A stretch of 64,000 bases of DNA from a bacterium (GCA_021813145.1 JAKALS010000005.1:8022-72021), one strand, 5' to 3'. Numbered from the stretch's first letter, positions 51,197-61,095 are shown. Notes: generated by a model from the letters alone, not told the origin. Translations and numbers: made by a program.

Positions 51197-52256
51197 TGTT
51201 GCGTCTTATAAAGAGCTGCAGGAAAAGTATAGCTCCTCCTGCAATAATAACAAGCATTATTATTGCGAAAAGTTTACCCTTGCTTGATAAAACAAGAGAC
51301 AACGCACCCAATATAGCAGAAACAGTCCAATAAAACAACGCGATACGCCTATGCCCGAATCCCAAATCCAAAAGTAGATGGTGGAGGTGTTTTTTATCGT
51401 GCCAAAAAGGAGAATGTCCGGTTGCTATTCTTCTGGCAATCGTAAAAGCTCCGTCCGTCATGGGAACTCCCATAACAAGAATTGCCGTTGCGAGTTTTGC
51501 TCCCGAAAGTATGGAGGCAACCGCCAAAAGAAGATATATAGCAGTTGCGCCGTATCCCGGAAATATTTTAGCGGGATAAAAATTGAAAATAAGAAAACCT
51601 AAAGATGCTCCCGCTATTATAAAAGAGAGAGTTGCGCTCATGAGGCTGTACTGGTCCAGAACCGGAAAACGGAGACTTAAGATTCCGATAATTATTGCAG
51701 AAATTGCCACAATTCCCGGCATCTGCCCGTCTACACCTTTGCTCCAATTCAACATGTTCATAACCCAGACTATCCAAAGAACGGCAATAAAATAAGAAAA
51801 AAAAGTAAGTTCGAAATTATTGAGAAAGGGAAGTTTTAGGGTATTCAAAAAAAGTATTCCCCCGAAAGGGTTAGTTATAAAAGGAATATTTACCCCGGCC
51901 CATACGACCACAACTGCGGAAAATATATTGATAACAAACCGGAAATACGGAGAAATGTCGTATTTGTCGTCGAACGTCCCTATTAAAAGACAAATTAAGG
52001 CAGCGCCGTAAATCGCAATCGTAATTTTTACGATAGGTAAAAATATCAGGCTTGTAAGTAAAACTCCGATAAAAAGGGGGATCCCCCCTCCTCTTGGAAT
52101 CGGCTTGCTGTGGACAACCGCGGGATGTTTATGGGTTTTAGGGTCATCCATTATGCCCCATTTTCTTATAAAAACAAGAGAAACGGGGGTGGCGATAACA
52201 GTAAAAATAAAAGCGGCAAGAAGAGGGAAGACAATAGTGTTTAAAGGATTAAACAT
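51177..52256 (-). CDS. WecA/TagO-like polyprenyl-phosphate sugar-1-phosphate transferase
   Basis: PRGGG, DDKY, NWSKGVDG, FNFYPAKIF, HLHH. Confidence 0.88.
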   Translation of the reverse strand: MFNPLNTIVFPLLAAFIFTVIATPVSLVFIRKWGIMDDPKTHKHPAVVHSKPIPRGGGIPLFIGVLLTSLIFLPIVKITIAIYGAALICLLIGTFDDKYDISPYFRFVINIFSAVVVVWAGVNIPFITNPFGGILFLNTLKLPFLNNFELTFFSYFIAVLWIVWVMNMLNWSKGVDGQMPGIVAISAIIIGILSLRFPVLDQYSLMSATLSFIIAGASLGFLIFNFYPAKIFPGYGATAIYLLLAVASILSGAKLATAILVMGVPMTDGAFTIARRIATGHSPFWHDKKHLHHLLLDLGFGHRRIALFYWTVSAILGALSLVLSSKGKLFAIIMLVIIAGGAILFLQLFIRRNNDKTGI

Positions 52257-52258
52257 TT

Positions 52259-52612
52259 TTATAAAACTATCTGTATAGTTCTTACAACAAAAAGCATGGT
52301 AAGAATGGCGACGATAAGACTTATAACGGCAAGAAGTCTCGAGACGAGGGGCGTCTTTTTATAAAGAACGGAAGATACGATTATGTTAACGATAAGGATA
52401 AAAAATGAGATGACAGTAGGAATAAAAACTCCCCAGGTCGGGGCAAGCCTCGGCGTTCCCCACGGCAGTTGGTTATAAACCGGCATAAAAGGCGGAAGCC
52501 CCTTATAATTTATCAGTATGTAGGGAAGCGGGAGGATTATAAGGATAATTGTTGTCAGGAAACCTCTAAAAGTGAGCTTGTCCTGCCTTATATCACTAAA
52601 GAACTCTTTCAT
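52259..52612 (-). CDS. Small 3-TM protein (DUF1648-like)
   Basis: LPPFMPVY...PWG. Confidence 0.6.
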   Translation of the reverse strand: MKEFFSDIRQDKLTFRGFLTTIILIILPLPYILINYKGLPPFMPVYNQLPWGTPRLAPTWGVFIPTVISFFILIVNIIVSSVLYKKTPLVSRLLAVISLIVAILTMLFVVRTIQIVL

Positions 52613-54080
52613 ATATTAAAACGTTATCGATTTCAATTTTTTCTTTGTAGTTAACAAGAGAAAAGGGAATGGGTCCGACGTTTGGCATGATAACAATAAA
52701 TTTCGGTTTTTTCAATGCTATTGCATTTTGTGTATTTGAGACTCCGTCCGGGTAATCTTCTACGTGATAAGCAACCGCATATTTTCCCGGAGGAAGTTTG
52801 TCCGTAAGTTTATAAAGCATAGCGTTGTTTCCCCAGAGAAATATCGAGTCTTTTTTTGTGGTATTTGCATTTATAAAGGCGGCAACTTCGTATGTAACGG
52901 GAGTTCCTCTGTCAAAAAAATTCTGATATGCCGTAACGCTTTCCCGTCCCAAGACAAACGAAGTAAAATTGACATAATAAGCCGCAAATTTATCGTAGAA
53001 CCAAAAATTCTTCAATACCAAAAATAAAGTTATAATTGCAACAACGGACGTGATAACCTTAAGTTTCCTGTCATAAAAAATAAAACCCAACAAAAGAACA
53101 AATGCGGGTAGCATATTCAGAAGGTAATGGGTGTAAGGTCTTTGGGAAAAGAAAGAATTAAAAAGGGAAAAAGCAAACCAACTCCATATAAATATCGCCG
53201 TCTTATCCAGCGAATGTCTTCTTGCATAAAGATAAAGACAGAAAAGGCCCAGTAAAATTATTTTGAGTATCAAGAAACCTTGGGGAATTATAAGTTTATT
53301 TCCGTAGCCGACATATCCGATATTGGAGAAAAATGTCGCTTTTAAAAAGGGTGAAATAGCGCCTTCAAAAAAGAAGAAAAGTACGGTAGCAAGAATCGGA
53401 ATTGCAAAGCCGAGAGTAAAAGGTACCATTTTTATAATTTCCGCTTTTAGCTCTTTTACTTTTAACAATTTTTTAAGATAAAATTCTTTGTCGGTTAAAG
53501 CGATAAATACAAAGAACGCCGCAAAATCAAAAACTGCAACTATTTTAAAAAGAAATGAAACGCCGAGTAAAAAACCTGCGATAAATTGTATTTTGTATTT
53601 GTTATTCAGTATTTTTTCATCGATAGATTTTAAGATAAAGAGGGCTGCGATAACGGTGGGGAGAAGCATAAAATTTTCTGCATTTGCTATGTTCCCTTCG
53701 ATAATCGGGAGACCGAAAAGAACGGCATAAAGCCCGGTAGCAAAAAATATTATTTTGTCTCTGTTAAAAAGTTTCTTTGCCAGGAAATAGAAAATAATTA
53801 CACTTAAAAGTCCTACAATCAGCGAGAAAAGTCTGACGTAAAACTGGTCGGAATTAAACAGGCTATATACAAAATATAAAAGCGGCGGTTTGTTATCCCA
53901 GATATCCCTGTATAAAAGCCTTCCCTGATCCATCGCCATCCCTAAAACCTGATATATCCCTTCGTCGCCGTACCAATAGGGTTCAAAAAGCGACGGGAGC
54001 CTTAACAGAAAAAAGAAAAAAGAGGTAAAAAGAAGAAACCAAAATTCTTTGCTTCTTTCAAGCCTTTGTAATAAATTCAT
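52596..54080 (-). CDS. ArnT/GT-C-like glycosyltransferase
   Basis: YGDEGIY, LYRDIWDNKPP, NAENF. Confidence 0.82.
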   Translation of the reverse strand: MNLLQRLERSKEFWFLLFTSFFFFLLRLPSLFEPYWYGDEGIYQVLGMAMDQGRLLYRDIWDNKPPLLYFVYSLFNSDQFYVRLFSLIVGLLSVIIFYFLAKKLFNRDKIIFFATGLYAVLFGLPIIEGNIANAENFMLLPTVIAALFILKSIDEKILNNKYKIQFIAGFLLGVSFLFKIVAVFDFAAFFVFIALTDKEFYLKKLLKVKELKAEIIKMVPFTLGFAIPILATVLFFFFEGAISPFLKATFFSNIGYVGYGNKLIIPQGFLILKIILLGLFCLYLYARRHSLDKTAIFIWSWFAFSLFNSFFSQRPYTHYLLNMLPAFVLLLGFIFYDRKLKVITSVVAIITLFLVLKNFWFYDKFAAYYVNFTSFVLGRESVTAYQNFFDRGTPVTYEVAAFINANTTKKDSIFLWGNNAMLYKLTDKLPPGKYAVAYHVEDYPDGVSNTQNAIALKKPKFIVIMPNVGPIPFSLVNYKEKIEIDNVLIYERVL

Positions 54081-54099
54081 ATTTTTAGCTTATCACAAA

Positions 54100-55593
54100 T
54101 CAAAGTTTTTCGGTAACTTTATATTCGAGCCTTTTTCCGAGCATCAGCTGGGTGTGTGAAATGAGTGCCGGTAGGGCGGAAAGGAAAAAACCGACTATGG
54201 GTAAAAGTAAAAATTCGAGCGGGAAAAGGAGTTGTTTTGTCTTTGTGGGAGCGGCTGCTTTTGGCCTGTTCCTAAAGTCTATGATTATCATGCTAAAAGT
54301 CGCAAAAAGGCAAAGTGTAAGAATAAGTCCCGCAAGCTTCGGAAGGTTGTAGCCTAGCGTAGTTCTTGAAAAAACAGGATTAACAAAGGGCATGATATTT
54401 GCCGCAATAGTGATAATAAACCACTGTACGGGCCATAAAAGATGGTCCATCAAAACGTTATAAATCATCATTGTTTTTCTGAAAAAAGGAACGTTTGGAA
54501 CCGTTAGCCACCATTTAATAAACAGTCCGTCGTCCGATACTCCCCATGACCAGCGTCTCTCCTGGTTATACTTGTTTTTAAGGCTGTTCATATAACTTGA
54601 CGAAAGAGGAGCATCCATGGAGGTCTTTAAAAATATCGGCGACATCCAGATGTTCCCCGACTTTTTATAGAATGCCTTAAAAAATATCCGGTAATCCTCG
54701 GGTATTACGTCCGTATCCCAATAATCAATGTCGTGGAGGAGTTTGAATGAAAGCGAATAGGTGGAATTTGAAATAAGTCTGTCGCCCTGGACCAAAAGAC
54801 CGGTTCTCCAAAGGCTTCCGAAAAATGCAATAATCCTGACGGGAGCGGGAACGCTCCAGAAATTGTTATAGTTCACGTTTGCCGACTGCCAGAATTTATT
54901 GTATTTTTTCGGATCTCTTAAGAACTCATAGCTTAGATAGGAAAAATATTGTTTATCGAAGATCGAGTCTGCGTCAACGGAAGAAATTGTAGCGTAATCG
55001 ATGTCTATTTTCCCGCTATCTACGAGCCTTTTATAAGCTAGTCTGCCTCCGTACGCTTCGTTGGACGATTTTCCTTTTACTTCTCCCGATAAATCGGGGT
55101 GAAAGCTTGCAAAGATATCGCCGAAAACATTTTTAAATTCTTTTATGAGGATTTCCGCTTTTTCCTTGCCCGATTGTTCGCGTTCTTCCATTGCAAGTAC
55201 AACGAAGATCCTTTTTGTAGGGAACGTCTGAATTGCGAGGCTTCTTATAGTTTCCCTTAATTTATCGACGTTTTCCTTATAGTTGGGGATTACCACAATA
55301 TGCGAGACTTTTTCGAAATCTTTAAGTTCTTTCGCTTCTTTAAGCCAGTTCTTTCTTTCTGCCTTTTGAATTCTCTGGGAAGAAATAAAGGCAGTTATGA
55401 CAAGAGAAAAGGATTTATAGAACCAGTAGACGTCAAAAAAAAGAATAAAATAGGCAAGGACAAGCGGTATAAAAAAGGAGCCCCATAGGGGAAAGAGTAT
55501 CAGGGTCCAGGAAACAAGTCCCGGCATAATCTCCAAAGCTCTTTTTGTTTTTATGGGGTATCTCGAAAAAATCTTAGAAAAAAAATTTGTCAT
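54100..55593 (-). CDS. Processive-type GT2 glycosyltransferase
   Basis: GKSSN, DADS, PED, QERRW. Confidence 0.85.
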   Translation of the reverse strand: MTNFFSKIFSRYPIKTKRALEIMPGLVSWTLILFPLWGSFFIPLVLAYFILFFDVYWFYKSFSLVITAFISSQRIQKAERKNWLKEAKELKDFEKVSHIVVIPNYKENVDKLRETIRSLAIQTFPTKRIFVVLAMEEREQSGKEKAEILIKEFKNVFGDIFASFHPDLSGEVKGKSSNEAYGGRLAYKRLVDSGKIDIDYATISSVDADSIFDKQYFSYLSYEFLRDPKKYNKFWQSANVNYNNFWSVPAPVRIIAFFGSLWRTGLLVQGDRLISNSTYSLSFKLLHDIDYWDTDVIPEDYRIFFKAFYKKSGNIWMSPIFLKTSMDAPLSSSYMNSLKNKYNQERRWSWGVSDDGLFIKWWLTVPNVPFFRKTMMIYNVLMDHLLWPVQWFIITIAANIMPFVNPVFSRTTLGYNLPKLAGLILTLCLFATFSMIIIDFRNRPKAAAPTKTKQLLFPLEFLLLPIVGFFLSALPALISHTQLMLGKRLEYKVTEKL

Positions 55594-56375
55594 ATGTTAA
55601 AAATTTTTCCGGCGTTTTCGGTTGTCACAGAATTAATTTTATCAAAAGAAACACCTTTGATACCGGCTATAAATTCGGCCGTAATTATAACATAGGAAGG
55701 CTCGTTTCTGCTACCTCTATGGGGTACGGGGGTAAGCCAGGGTGCATCCGTTTCGGTTATAAGCCTTTCCAAAGGAGAGTATTCTACAAGGTCTCTTAAT
55801 GGAGTATCTTCGCCCGGAGCGATACCTTTATATGTGATATTTCCGTCAAAGCCGACGTAAAACCCGAGGTTAAGCACTTTTTTAAGGTAATCTAAGTTTC
55901 CGGACATGCAATGAAACATTCCGGGAATATCCGGCAATTCTTTTCTATAGGAAGAAAGAATATCTATTATGTCCGAAGCTGCTCTTCTTGAATGTATCTG
56001 CAAAGGCATCCTCTTTTTTATTGCAATCTGCAACTGCTTTTCAAAAATCTTCTTTTGAATTTTGGAGTCTACGTCGTTATGGGCAAAATAATCCAGGCCT
56101 ATTTCTCCGATTCCTATCACCTTCTCTTCGTTTAGAAGTTTTTCAATTTCCTTTTCCCAACCGTCTTCAACGCTATTTGCGTCATGGGGATGTATGCCTA
56201 CTACCGCATAAAAGTTTGCATTGTTTTTTGCCAGTTCGACGGCTTTTCTGCTTGTTTTAAGATCTGTCCCCACGTTGACAATTTTTTCGACTCCCTTTTT
56301 TTCGGCTCTTTTAACAACCTCATTAAAATCATTTTCGTACCCGGGATAATTAAGATGGCAATGCGCATCTATCAT
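55590..56375 (-). CDS. tatD: TatD family DNase
   Basis: DAHCH, GIHPH, GEIGLD, ETDAP. Confidence 0.94.
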   Translation of the reverse strand: MIDAHCHLNYPGYENDFNEVVKRAEKKGVEKIVNVGTDLKTSRKAVELAKNNANFYAVVGIHPHDANSVEDGWEKEIEKLLNEEKVIGIGEIGLDYFAHNDVDSKIQKKIFEKQLQIAIKKRMPLQIHSRRAASDIIDILSSYRKELPDIPGMFHCMSGNLDYLKKVLNLGFYVGFDGNITYKGIAPGEDTPLRDLVEYSPLERLITETDAPWLTPVPHRGSRNEPSYVIITAEFIAGIKGVSFDKINSVTTENAGKIFNI

Positions 56376-56417
56376 GAATTTATTATAACAATTAAACGCC
56401 CCCTCTCAAAGCTGATT

Positions 56418-56471
56418 CTTGCGTAATTCTTACAAAAATCTAACGGTTTAATCATAGTTTGAGTTCATTAT
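56418..56471 (+). promoter_or_regulatory. Triple direct-repeat box plus -10-like hexamer (copy 5)
   Basis: CTTGC 56418, CTTAC 56429, CTAAC 56440; CATTAT at 56466. Confidence 0.55.
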
Positions 56472-56477
56472 AGGAGC

Positions 56478-56672
56478 ATGGAAGGAAACAATATGAATCA
56501 GGACGAACAGTATTTAAGACTGCAGACACTCGATGAAGACGTCAGGGATAAAGCCCTGGAAATTGCATATTTACTTATTAGGGACGGGCTAAATTATAAC
56601 AGCGCAATTCTCAAAGCAATAAAAATTGCCATAATTTGGGGGGAAATTTATGGCAAGGATACAAAAAACTAA
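56478..56672 (+). CDS. Small protein resembling the N-terminal part of YdaT/DUF2188 stress proteins
   Basis: LDEDVRDKALEIAYLLIRDG...AILKAIKIA..W pattern. Confidence 0.55.
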   Translation: MEGNNMNQDEQYLRLQTLDEDVRDKALEIAYLLIRDGLNYNSAILKAIKIAIIWGEIYGKDTKN

Positions 56673-56691
56673 GGCATACAAGCCTGCCTAG

Positions 56692-56721
56692 AAAAAGAGG
56701 AAACTGCCGTTTCCTCTTTTT
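56692..56721. terminator. Bidirectional intrinsic terminator
   Basis: AAAAAGAGGAAAC-tgcc-GTTTCCTCTTTTT between convergent genes. Confidence 0.85.
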
Positions 56722-56728
56722 TAGTGGC

Positions 56729-57022
56729 TTACGAATAAAATTGGTTTCTTTTGAGAGTGGAATAGCTCGCAACACTTATTGCTCCGGAGGCGGCCGTTCC
56801 CAAAGCTGCAAACACAAGAATTTCGCCGTTATTTAAAAGATTTTGTTCTTTCTTATTCAAGTTTTGGCTGTTATTTTCTACGCTCAAAGCTTCCGAGATA
56901 AACTGCTGTCCCGAGGAATAGGTGTCTTTCGCTTCAAAAGCCGTCACTGCAAATCCTGCTCCTGTTGCCGTAAGCCCTATTGCTAAAACGGCCGCAGGTA
57001 TTAAATTTTCAACTTTTCTCAC
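56729..57022 (-). CDS. Small 2-TM hypothetical protein
   Basis: Two hydrophobic segments; TATAAT upstream. Confidence 0.55.
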   Translation of the reverse strand: MRKVENLIPAAVLAIGLTATGAGFAVTAFEAKDTYSSGQQFISEALSVENNSQNLNKKEQNLLNNGEILVFAALGTAASGAISVASYSTLKRNQFYS

Positions 57023-57107
57023 AAGTTGTGATTATAAGTACAATTACTTGTGCCTGTCAATACTGGGAAACTTGACTTTACCCGTTACTTAGGAGAATAA
57101 TTTAAAT

Positions 57108-57272
57108 ATGGCCAAGAAGAAAAAGTCAAATCCGAAATATAAAAGCTTCCGCCTTTACGGCAATCATAATCCCAGGAATTTATTCTGGTATATAGTTTTA
57201 GATTTGGTTTTTGCCGTAGCCCTGGGATTCATACTTCAGCCGCAAATAACACAGGTTTTGGCCGCGTATTAA
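57108..57272 (+). CDS. Unannotated 54-aa protein with basic N-terminus and one TM
   Basis: Hand translation MAKKKKSNPKYKSFRLYGNHNPRNLFWYIVLDLVFAVALGFILQPQITQVLAAY; TTGACT...AATAAT upstream. Confidence 0.65.
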   Translation: MAKKKKSNPKYKSFRLYGNHNPRNLFWYIVLDLVFAVALGFILQPQITQVLAAY

Positions 57273-57538
57273 TTGTCGGATCCGCCTTCGCCTCCGTCTG
57301 CGGGAGGAATAATGGAACGGTGCACGGGAACAGGTGTCTGTAAAGTCGTAGGACTCGTGCTTTGTACGGGAATTTGTGTGGGGGTAAGCGAAGGGGGTAC
57401 GGTAGCAGCCGGATTCGAAAAAGAAGTTTTTACGGTCCTTGTGTTTACCGGGCTCATAAGATAATAAAGGAAAAAAATTATTCCGAGCGCCGCCAATAAA
57501 ATCAGAAGCCTTTTCCAGTTAAGCGAAGCATCTCTCAT
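57269..57538 (-). CDS. Small TM protein with Pro/Thr tail
   Basis: N-terminal TM; ATGA overlap with upstream gene. Confidence 0.6.
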   Translation of the reverse strand: MRDASLNWKRLLILLAALGIIFFLYYLMSPVNTRTVKTSFSNPAATVPPSLTPTQIPVQSTSPTTLQTPVPVHRSIIPPADGGEGGSDN

Positions 57539-58182
57539 TGGTTCTTAAGAGCATTTTCGCATGCGGCTTTTGCCTGAGGATTGGTTATCTGTTCGCAGGG
57601 AGAAGCGGTTTGAGGTCCCGCCGGGGAAGCCTCTGTTTTATTTAAAAAGTTTGACATATCTGTAAACTGAATGTTTGAAGGCGGTTGGAATTTTGAATTA
57701 TCCGCAGTCCAGGGGGAACATTTGTAGTTTACTTTCTGGTTAAGATCGACGCCTTGATTTTGGTTTTGAGCGCTTGGCAGGGGAGTTTCATTTATCGCGG
57801 TATCAAGCTTCATCTTTATTCCGGAAGGAGAATTGCTTGTCCAGACATAAACATAGGTCCCGTCGGAAACGGTATTGCCTGTCAGTGTTTTCCCGTCCTG
57901 TTCTTTAAGACTGAAGTTCCCCGCAAATTTATTCCCGTCAAAATAATAGGTTCCCGTAGCCGAATTATCGGGATAACTGAAGTTGCAGCTTTGACTTTTT
58001 CCGGAAGCCAAAAGGCTTTTTAAGGTTCCGAGGGCCGTTGACTGGGTTGCTTTTGGCGTTGCCGTTACGGTTGTTTTTGGAGAAGCCGGTTTAGATTTTG
58101 AAAGACCAAGATACACACCGCCTCCTACAAGAAGAAGAACTATAATTACCGCTCCGGCAATTACAAACTTATTTTTCATCAC
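57535..58182 (-). CDS. Hypothetical exported protein
   Basis: N-terminal TM; DGTYVYVW, YKCSPW..D.SKF.PP. Confidence 0.75.
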   Translation of the reverse strand: MMKNKFVIAGAVIIVLLLVGGGVYLGLSKSKPASPKTTVTATPKATQSTALGTLKSLLASGKSQSCNFSYPDNSATGTYYFDGNKFAGNFSLKEQDGKTLTGNTVSDGTYVYVWTSNSPSGIKMKLDTAINETPLPSAQNQNQGVDLNQKVNYKCSPWTADNSKFQPPSNIQFTDMSNFLNKTEASPAGPQTASPCEQITNPQAKAACENALKNQ

Positions 58183-58279
58183 CTAGGGCGAGTATATCCC
58201 CAAAATTTTATATAGTCAATACTTTTTTCCTACAGGATATTGTGTCTGCTATTATTTTTTAGTACTATTTTTTAGTTCA

Positions 58280-58513
58280 ATGGAAGACTTTGACCAGCTG
58301 ATAAATATGGCAATAAAGGTTTGCCAGACAAGAAATTACGTTACCCCGAGAATTCTCCAGAGAGCCCTAAAAACGGATGCCGCAAAAGCGGAAACGGTAT
58401 TTTCCGAGCTTGAAAAAATGGGAGTACTCTCTTATTTTTGGGCGAAAGAATACGAGGGATTACAGGTAAGTAAAGTCGACAGGAAAAAACTGAGGGAATT
58501 TTTAGTGAACTAA
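58280..58513 (+). CDS. Stand-alone FtsK gamma-like winged-helix protein
   Basis: DQLINMAI...ILQRALK...ELEKMGVLS. Confidence 0.55.
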   Translation: MEDFDQLINMAIKVCQTRNYVTPRILQRALKTDAAKAETVFSELEKMGVLSYFWAKEYEGLQVSKVDRKKLREFLVN

Positions 58514-59071
58514 ATCTTCAAGTTTTAGTATTTCCTTCCAGTTTTTCCAGTTAAGTCTCCTTTTTTCTTTTACGGACCCGTTGTAGGGCATTTCATAAAG
58601 AATGTGTTCCCAGTAAGGTTTTCTTACGCCTTCGGGTTGCGGTTTATCGTCTATTAGGTAATCTCCAAAGACGAGAGTCTTATCTTTAGTAAGAATAGTC
58701 CTTTTTACCCACTCATAACCCAGATTTTTTTCGACCCAAGCGTATTTCTCCAAAACACAATTTTCGTATTGGTGTATAAAACTGGTGCATATAAAAACTT
58801 CATGCCCCATTTCCGTCATTTCTTCTATGGCTTCCTTTCCGCCCGTCACTAAGGGGAGATTTTCAAAAAATCCTACGGAAGTGAGTATTCCAAATATCTG
58901 TTCTTTCAATTCTTTCGGATACTGTTCATGGATATAAAAAGTGCTTCTTCTTTCAAGAGGTATATAAAAATGTCCGGGGTATTTTTTTCTGAATTTTGTA
59001 AGAAATTCCCCTTCGTAATCCGCAAGGACATTGTCCATGTCAACAAGAATTATTTTTTTATTTTTATCCAT
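58502..59071 (-). CDS. 5'(3')-deoxyribonucleotidase (HAD, NT5C family)
   Basis: LVDMDNVLAD, EKYAWV, GDYLIDDKP. Confidence 0.9.
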   Translation of the reverse strand: MDKNKKIILVDMDNVLADYEGEFLTKFRKKYPGHFYIPLERRSTFYIHEQYPKELKEQIFGILTSVGFFENLPLVTGGKEAIEEMTEMGHEVFICTSFIHQYENCVLEKYAWVEKNLGYEWVKRTILTKDKTLVFGDYLIDDKPQPEGVRKPYWEHILYEMPYNGSVKEKRRLNWKNWKEILKLEDLVH

Positions 59072-59074
59072 TAC

Positions 59075-60517
59075 TCAAATTCTGGGAAAAAGGGGGGCTT
59101 CCGATTTGATTGTAGAGCCCTCAAATTGTTCTTCTATTTTTTCGGACGTTTCAGGCAAAAATGGCCTTAACAGTTCTCCTATTTCCTGTATCTGGTCGAC
59201 TGAATGTTCAAGTACCCCCTTTAGTCTCGGGTTATTATTTTTTGCCAACTCCCAGGGTTTTTCTTCATTTATATATCTGTCCAATTTGGTTATCTTCTCC
59301 CAGATTAAAGAAAGCGCGTCGTTGAATCTGTATTCGTCCAATGCCTTTTTATATTCCCCCTCAACGGTTGAAATATGCCTTGAATCTTCCGTTTTGGCCT
59401 TTTTAAAATTGGAAGTTTCGCAAAGTTTGGCAACTCTTGCTATTAAATTTCCCAAGCCGTTTGCAAGGTCGGAGTTATATACTTCCACAAGACGTTTTCG
59501 GGAAAAATCCCCGTCCTGGAAAGGCGAAATTTCCCTAAGAAGATAATAGCGTAAGGCATCTGCCCCGTATTTTTCTATAAATTCCAAAGGGTCTGCTACG
59601 TTGCCCAGGGTCTTTGACATTTTTTGTCCGTCTACCGTAAAGTATCCGTGGACAAAAAGGCTTTTTGGAAGGGGAAGTTTTGCGGAAAGCAAAAAGGCGG
59701 GCCAGTAGACGGCATGGAATCTTATTATCCCTTTTCCTATTACGTGCAAATCCGCAGGCCACCATTTTTTATATTTTTCTTCGTCCCAGCCAAAGCCTAC
59801 ACCCGACTGGTAAATATTCAAGGCGTCAAACCAGACATACATTCGCTGAGCCTCGTCTCCCGGAACCGGAACTCCCCAATTTTTTGCCCTTTTATTGCTT
59901 CTTGAAATACTGATATCCTGAAGGCCTTCTTTTAGAAAAGACAGGACTTCGTTTTTTCTGAAAGATGGGATTATTAACAGTTTATCTTTTTCCACTAATT
60001 CCCGGATTTCTTTTTGATATTTTGAAAGTTTAAAAAAATAATTCTCCTCCGAGACTTCTTCAAGGGGTTTTCCGGGATGTTCAAAACACTCTCCGTTTTC
60101 GTTTAGCTCGTTTTTCTCGTAGAATTGTTCGCACCCTACGCAATAAAGCCCTTTATACTCCTTTTTATAGATATCTCCGGCCTTAAAGCATCTTTCCCAA
60201 AGTTTTTGGGATGCTTCATGGTGCTGTTTTGAGCTTCCTTTTTCAAAAACATCGAATCCTACGTTTAATTTTTCCGCCAATTCTTCAAAAAGCTTTGAAT
60301 TTTTATCAATAAACTCCTGTACGGGAATTTTTGCGGATTCGGCTGCCTGGACATTTTTTATTGCGTTTTCATCCCCTCCCGAAAGAAGAAGAGTATCTTC
60401 TCCTAAAATCCGGTGGAATCTTTTTATTACATCCGCCTGGACAAATTCCAATGCATGGCCTACATGCGGTTTTGCATTCACATAGGGTATCGCTGTGGTT
60501 AAATAAAACTTGTTCAT
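59075..60517 (-). CDS. metG: Methionine--tRNA ligase (short form)
   Basis: YVNAKPHVGHA, YVWFDAL, KMSKT. Confidence 0.96.
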   Translation of the reverse strand: MNKFYLTTAIPYVNAKPHVGHALEFVQADVIKRFHRILGEDTLLLSGGDENAIKNVQAAESAKIPVQEFIDKNSKLFEELAEKLNVGFDVFEKGSSKQHHEASQKLWERCFKAGDIYKKEYKGLYCVGCEQFYEKNELNENGECFEHPGKPLEEVSEENYFFKLSKYQKEIRELVEKDKLLIIPSFRKNEVLSFLKEGLQDISISRSNKRAKNWGVPVPGDEAQRMYVWFDALNIYQSGVGFGWDEEKYKKWWPADLHVIGKGIIRFHAVYWPAFLLSAKLPLPKSLFVHGYFTVDGQKMSKTLGNVADPLEFIEKYGADALRYYLLREISPFQDGDFSRKRLVEVYNSDLANGLGNLIARVAKLCETSNFKKAKTEDSRHISTVEGEYKKALDEYRFNDALSLIWEKITKLDRYINEEKPWELAKNNNPRLKGVLEHSVDQIQEIGELLRPFLPETSEKIEEQFEGSTIKSEAPLFPRI

Positions 60518-60564
60518 AGTTTCTTCAAGGATTGTAGCAAAGCTGTCAAGCTAAAACAAACAAT

Positions 60565-60897
60565 TTACTTTCGCTTCACAAACATTAATTCGATAACAGA
60601 CAAAAGAACAAAAAGAAGAATTATAAAAAAGGGATAGGCAAGATTTATAAGTTTTAGGATTGCGTATCCCAAGGCAAAACACGCGACTAAAAAGCCCCTT
60701 CTTTTATTGCCGAAAATAAAGGAAAAAGACGTGAAGAGAAAAAGAAAGGAAAACCCGAGAGCAAAAGGTAAAATTGTAAATTGCAAATTGTAAATTGAAA
60801 ATTGCATGTCCGGGGGATAGTTAAATATTAAGTAAACGGAACCTGCTAAGAACAACAAGCTCAAAACTAATAACTTTAAGGGTCTTCTTCTTCGCAT
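60565..60897 (-). CDS. Hypothetical 4-TM membrane protein
   Basis: Hydrophobic ORF; KRRG loop. Confidence 0.65.
   Translation of the reverse strand: MRRRRPLKLLVLSLLFLAGSVYLIFNYPPDMQFSIYNLQFTILPFALGFSFLFLFTSFSFIFGNKRRGFLVACFALGYAILKLINLAYPFFIILLFVLLSVIELMFVKRK
60771..60805. repeat. 5x AAATTGN heptamer array inside a membrane-protein gene
   Basis: aaattgt aaattgc aaattgt aaattga aaattgc. Confidence 0.75.
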
Positions 60898-61057
60898 ACT
60901 TTTAGTTTAGCAAAAATACCGTTGTGATTTAACAAACTGAAAAGTAAATATTCTTGTACAACTCCGTTTTTATAAAGAAGGGAGGTGAGAATGTGATTAA
61001 AAAGGGATTAATAGCGGGAGTTGCAATCTTATTGGGGGATATAGTAAAAAAAGGGGG

Positions 61058-61095
61058 TTGACAAAACTTTGGCAGTCATGGTATATTACTGCTAA
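61058..61095 (+). promoter_or_regulatory. hrcA promoter overlapped by CIRCE
   Basis: TTGACA at 61058; TTGGCAGTC-N9-TACTGCTAA at 61069-61095. Confidence 0.8.

Noticed and set aside
58227-58271. TTCCTAC 37 nt before TATTTT upstream of the FtsK-gamma-like gene
   Set aside because: Mismatch in the core and no convincing flanking repeats
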